64,000 bases of DNA. Origin: an uncultured Eggerthella sp. Lineage in GTDB: Bacteria; Actinomycetota; Coriobacteriia; Coriobacteriales; Eggerthellaceae. Both the position numbers and the translations under genes were made by a program. This document shows positions 60,255-64,000 of this stretch, piece by piece. The stretch spans positions 29,168 through 93,167 of the forward strand of contig CBCTKC010000006.1 of the NCBI GenBank assembly GCA_965147435.1, read 5' to 3'. The notes under the pieces were generated by a model that was given only the letters and a program-made list of their open reading frames with translations, searched no databases and had not been told where the DNA came from. Numbering within the stretch: position 1 is the first letter of the stretch; each line of letters opens with the position of its first letter.

Positions 60255-63000
60255 TGTATGCGCAAACTCTTCTCTGATTGCCGATGAGCAGGCTATTTCA
60301 CTCGTTGTTGACGGCATTTCGGTGTCGGTGCCTAAGGGCGCGACGATTCTTGATGCTGCCGAAAAGGCAGGCGCCCACGTTCCCACACTTTGTTTCTTAA
60401 AAGAACGCAGTGCTATTTCTTCGTGTCGCATTTGCATGGTTGAGGTTGAGGGGGAAGATGCTCTTGTTCCTGCCTGTTCCACCGTAGCAAAAGAGGGCAT
60501 GGTAATAACTACTGCCTCGGAGCGCTTGGTTGCCTATCGTAAGTTGGCTATGGACCTGATTCTTTCCGATCATGGCCTCGATTCCACCAACTATTGCTTC
60601 AGCTGTAAAAAGAACGGTGCATGCGAGCTGCAGGCGGTTGCTCGAGAGGTTGGGGTACAGCATCCTTCGTTTGGGGGAGCTGAAAAACGCAAGCCGGTGT
60701 TCGACTCGAACCCCTTCATTTCGTTCGATCCTAATCTTTGCATTCGCTGCCAACGTTGTGTGGGCGCATGCAATAACGCTGCGGGCAATCATTCGCTCCA
60801 TACCGCAAAGCGCGGTTTGCGGACGTCGATTGAGGCGCCTTTTGGTTCCAACTGGAAAACCTCGGGATGCGAATCGTGCGGCAACTGCGTGCAGGCATGC
60901 CCGACGGGCGCCCTTACTATGAAGCGTCGTGAGGAATACCGCGAATGGGAAGTTGAACGCGTGCTTACTACATGCCCCCATTGCGCTACAGGATGCCAAT
61001 ACAATCTCATCGTGAAAAACGGCAAGATCGTTGATACGGAAGCGGTTGATGGACCCTCGAATCATGGTTTGCTATGCGTGAAGGGTCGCAGCGGCAGCTT
61101 CGATTTCGTTCATTCGGAGGAGCGTCTCACTACGCCCCTTATCCGTAACAGCGAAACGGGTCAGCTTGAGCCCGCAACATGGGATGAGGCCCTTGATCTT
61201 GTTGCGGCAAAGATGGGTGCACTGCGTGATGAGTTTGGCGGTCAGGCCCTTGCTGCGTTTGCGTGTGCTCGCTCTGCCAATGAAGACATCTACATGCTTC
61301 AGAAAATGGCACGTACGGTGTTCAAGACGAATAACATCGATAACTGCGCTCGCGTTTGCCATGGCCCTTCGGTTGCTGGTTTGGCTCAAACCCTTGGTTC
61401 TGGCGCTATGACCAATCCCATTACCGACATCGCTCGTAATGCTGATGTGATCATGCTGGTTGGCTCGAACCCAGAGGAAGCCCATCCGGTTATCGGCATG
61501 CAGATCCGCCACGCGGTTGAAACGGGAACAAAACTTATCGTGGTCGATCCGCGCAATATCGGTCTTTCTGCTAAAGCCGATATTCATCTGAAACTGCATC
61601 CTGGCACCAATGTTGCGTTTGCCAATGGTGTTGCAAGGGTGCTTATTCACGAGGGTCTTATCGATGAGGCGTTTATCGCAGAACGCTCTGAAGGTTTTGA
61701 CGACTTCAAGGCGATGGTGGAAAAGTACACACCTGAATACGTGGCAGAAATCTGCGGCATCGATGCTTGCGATTTGGTTGCTGCGGCAAAGCTGTATGGG
61801 GAAGCGGGTGCCGCTGCTATCGTGTACTGCCTTGGTGTTACCGAGCATACCAGCGGCACCGAAGGTGTAATGGCGTTGTCGAACTTGGCTATGATCACAG
61901 GCAACTTCGGAAAGCCAGGGACAGGCGTCAACCCTATCCGTGGACAGAACAATGTGCAGGGCGCCTGTGATATGGGTGCAACCCCTGGCGATTTCCCCGG
62001 CTACCAGAAGCTCGCCAATGCTGAAGTGATGAAGCGCTTCGAGGACCATTGGGGAGTTGAGATCCCCAAGTGGAAGGGCACCTATGCAACCGAGTGTTTC
62101 CCCAAGATGATCTCGGGAGATATCAAGGGCTTGTTCATCTTTGGCGAGGACCCAGTACGAACCGACCCCGACACCAACCATGTTATCAAGGCTCTTGAAG
62201 CGCTCGATTTCTTGGTGGTAGATGATCTGTTCTTAACCGAAACAGCCAAATTCGCCGATGTTGTTCTTCCTGGTCGCAGTTATGCGGAAAAAGAAGGTAC
62301 GTTCAGCAACACCGAGCGTCGTGTTCAACGAATTCGCACAGCGGTCACCATTCCCGGCACACGTCTCGACACCGATATCTTCATCGATTTGATGAATCGC
62401 ATGGGATATGACCAGCCGCGGCTTACAAGCGCCCAGATCATGGATGAAATCGCGGAGCTTACTCCAAGCTTCCATGGCATTAGCCACGAACGTCTTGACT
62501 CGGAAGAAGTTGCAGGTCGGGGTCTGCAGTGGCCTTGCTTCGACAAGGACCATCCAGGTACGCCGATTATGCACGTGGGCGCCTTTACTCGCGGTTTGGG
62601 CGTCTACTCACTGGCTGACTACATTCCTTCAGCAGAGCTGCCTGATGAAGAGTTCCCGCTCATGCTCACTACGGGTCGTATTTTGTATCACTACAACGCT
62701 ACGGCTATGACGGATAAAACTCCTGGTTTGAACGAGATTTGCGGCCATTCGTTCATTGAGGTCAACTCGGTTGATGCCGAACGATTGGGCATCTCGGATG
62801 GCGGTAGGGTTCGCGTTGAAAGTCGTCGAGGGAGCATCGAATCGGTGGCACGCGTTTCGGATAAGACCAATCCTGGTGAAACATGGATGCCCTTCCACTT
62901 CCAGGATGGCAACGCCAACTGGCTTACCGATGCAGCGCTCGATCGTATTTGCTCTACGCCCGAATACAAGGTGTGCGCGGTGCGGGTTTCTGCATTGTAG
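60247..63000 (+). CDS. fdhF: cytoplasmic formate dehydrogenase alpha subunit, FdhF-like, Cys form
   Basis: N-terminal 2Fe-2S/4Fe-4S motifs; TCPHCATGC; DNCARVCHGPSV (TGC at 61357); PIRGQNNVQG; PEYKVCAV; no Tat signal. Confidence 0.92.
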   Translation: MSNVCANSSLIADEQAISLVVDGISVSVPKGATILDAAEKAGAHVPTLCFLKERSAISSCRICMVEVEGEDALVPACSTVAKEGMVITTASERLVAYRKLAMDLILSDHGLDSTNYCFSCKKNGACELQAVAREVGVQHPSFGGAEKRKPVFDSNPFISFDPNLCIRCQRCVGACNNAAGNHSLHTAKRGLRTSIEAPFGSNWKTSGCESCGNCVQACPTGALTMKRREEYREWEVERVLTTCPHCATGCQYNLIVKNGKIVDTEAVDGPSNHGLLCVKGRSGSFDFVHSEERLTTPLIRNSETGQLEPATWDEALDLVAAKMGALRDEFGGQALAAFACARSANEDIYMLQKMARTVFKTNNIDNCARVCHGPSVAGLAQTLGSGAMTNPITDIARNADVIMLVGSNPEEAHPVIGMQIRHAVETGTKLIVVDPRNIGLSAKADIHLKLHPGTNVAFANGVARVLIHEGLIDEAFIAERSEGFDDFKAMVEKYTPEYVAEICGIDACDLVAAAKLYGEAGAAAIVYCLGVTEHTSGTEGVMALSNLAMITGNFGKPGTGVNPIRGQNNVQGACDMGATPGDFPGYQKLANAEVMKRFEDHWGVEIPKWKGTYATECFPKMISGDIKGLFIFGEDPVRTDPDTNHVIKALEALDFLVVDDLFLTETAKFADVVLPGRSYAEKEGTFSNTERRVQRIRTAVTIPGTRLDTDIFIDLMNRMGYDQPRLTSAQIMDEIAELTPSFHGISHERLDSEEVAGRGLQWPCFDKDHPGTPIMHVGAFTRGLGVYSLADYIPSAELPDEEFPLMLTTGRILYHYNATAMTDKTPGLNEICGHSFIEVNSVDAERLGISDGGRVRVESRRGSIESVARVSDKTNPGETWMPFHFQDGNANWLTDAALDRICSTPEYKVCAVRVSAL

Positions 63001-63306
63001 CGCTGGCTTATAACTGTTTTTCGCCCCGTCGGCTTATGGGCCGCATCTCCGAATTTGGATTGAGAAATGAAGGTCCAAGTTCGGGAGGTGCAGTTCGGAG
63101 TCGGTGGGGCTTTTTTGGTGGGTGCTCGCTCGCTTAAGGGTGATGGCGGGGTTTTCTTTGGTGGGTGCCCTTTTGTTTGGGAGGGCGGTGGACGATGCTT
63201 CTTCTCTCTTCGATGGGGATGTGAAAATAAACAACGTAGTGTTGCTTATTTGGGTGAGGAAGAGGACAATCGGCAACGGAACATGACAATTGAAGGGGAA
63301 TGCGGC

Positions 63307-64000
63307 GTGAGCACTGCAATGGAAAGCAAGAAAACCAATAGCATCGATATGCTTCATGGCCCCTTGGCTAAGAAAATCGTCCTGTTTTCCATTCCCCTTG
63401 CTATTACCAGCATTTTGCAGCAGTTGCTGAACTCTACCGATGCGGTATTTGCTGGCCAGTGGCTGGGCAGTGATGCGCTAGCTGCTGTTGGTGGCGTTGC
63501 TCCAATTATCAGTTTATTTGTCGCGGTGTTCGTTGGGCTGTCAGTCGGCGTAAACGTGGTAATCGCGGTCCATATCGGGCACGACGACATCGACAAAATC
63601 AGGGGCGCAGTCCAAACCTCGGCCGCTGCTGCTGTGGTTTGCTCGCTTGTTTTGGCTGTTGCCGGTGTTCTTTCGACCGATTTCATTCTTGCTGCAGTGA
63701 ATATGCCCGCTGAGGCGTGGGCTGAAGGAGCGCAGTACCTGCACGTTTACTTCATCGGCATCGTTTTCTTGGTTATATACAACTTTGGTTCTGCTGTGCT
63801 TCGAGCCAAGGGCGATACGTGGCGTCCTTTGTATGCCTTGGCGGTTGCCGCAGTGCTCAACATTGCATTTGATTACGTTGCGGTAGAGTTCCTTGGCTTG
63901 GGTGTATTTGGCATCGCGGTAGGTACGGTTATTGCCGATGCCGTGTGTGCAGCCGTTATTGTTTTTTTCCTTCTTACCGAAGAGGAGTCCTACCGTCTGG
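63307..64000 (+). CDS. MATE family efflux transporter (runs off window end)
   Basis: read manually: DMLHGPLAKKIVLFSIPL...QQLLNSTD...ALAAVG...YNFGSAVLRAKGD; GTG 63307 or ATG 63319. Confidence 0.9.
   Translation, partial: MSTAMESKKTNSIDMLHGPLAKKIVLFSIPLAITSILQQLLNSTDAVFAGQWLGSDALAAVGGVAPIISLFVAVFVGLSVGVNVVIAVHIGHDDIDKIRGAVQTSAAAAVVCSLVLAVAGVLSTDFILAAVNMPAEAWAEGAQYLHVYFIGIVFLVIYNFGSAVLRAKGDTWRPLYALAVAAVLNIAFDYVAVEFLGLGVFGIAVGTVIADAVCAAVIVFFLLTEEESYRL

Noticed and set aside
61357..61396. Vestigial SECIS after the Cys codon of the second FDH
   Set aside because: Pairing is weak and the similarity is explained by protein conservation (HGPSVAGL)

Overview
The gene content and protein sequences suggest an anaerobic Coriobacteriia (Eggerthellaceae-like) chromosome; this taxonomy is inferred, not proven. 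1-20.6 kb is housekeeping: purN-purH, leuCDB, hisS-aspS, cysE, DegV, TetR, azoreductase, an XRE-HTH/AlaA fusion and ACP. About 20.7-50 kb is a selenium/molybdenum/formate supercluster. It holds selC (tRNA-Sec), selB and selA; a divergent yedE-tusA-DUF3343-GT4 glycosyltransferase-desulfurase-yedF-DUF3343 operon; a Sec-containing selD; a Sec-containing Tat-exported FdnGHI with fdhE; Moco biosynthesis genes; modABC/modE, mobBA and a MOSC+NifS pair. The ORF track splits or truncates both selenoprotein genes at their in-frame UGA. After tRNA-Val and a LysR gene lies a ~5.85-kb integrative, satellite (PICI)-like element (int, terS-like, rep-like, xis). It appears inserted in a hairpin that reconstitutes an intrinsic terminator. 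A Cys-type cytoplasmic FDH pair and a partial MATE gene end the window. Top candidates for undescribed biology: the glycosyltransferase inside the selenium operon (possible SenA-independent selenosugar pathway), the satellite element, and a MOSC+NifS pair in a Moco cluster lacking moaD/moaE/moeB.
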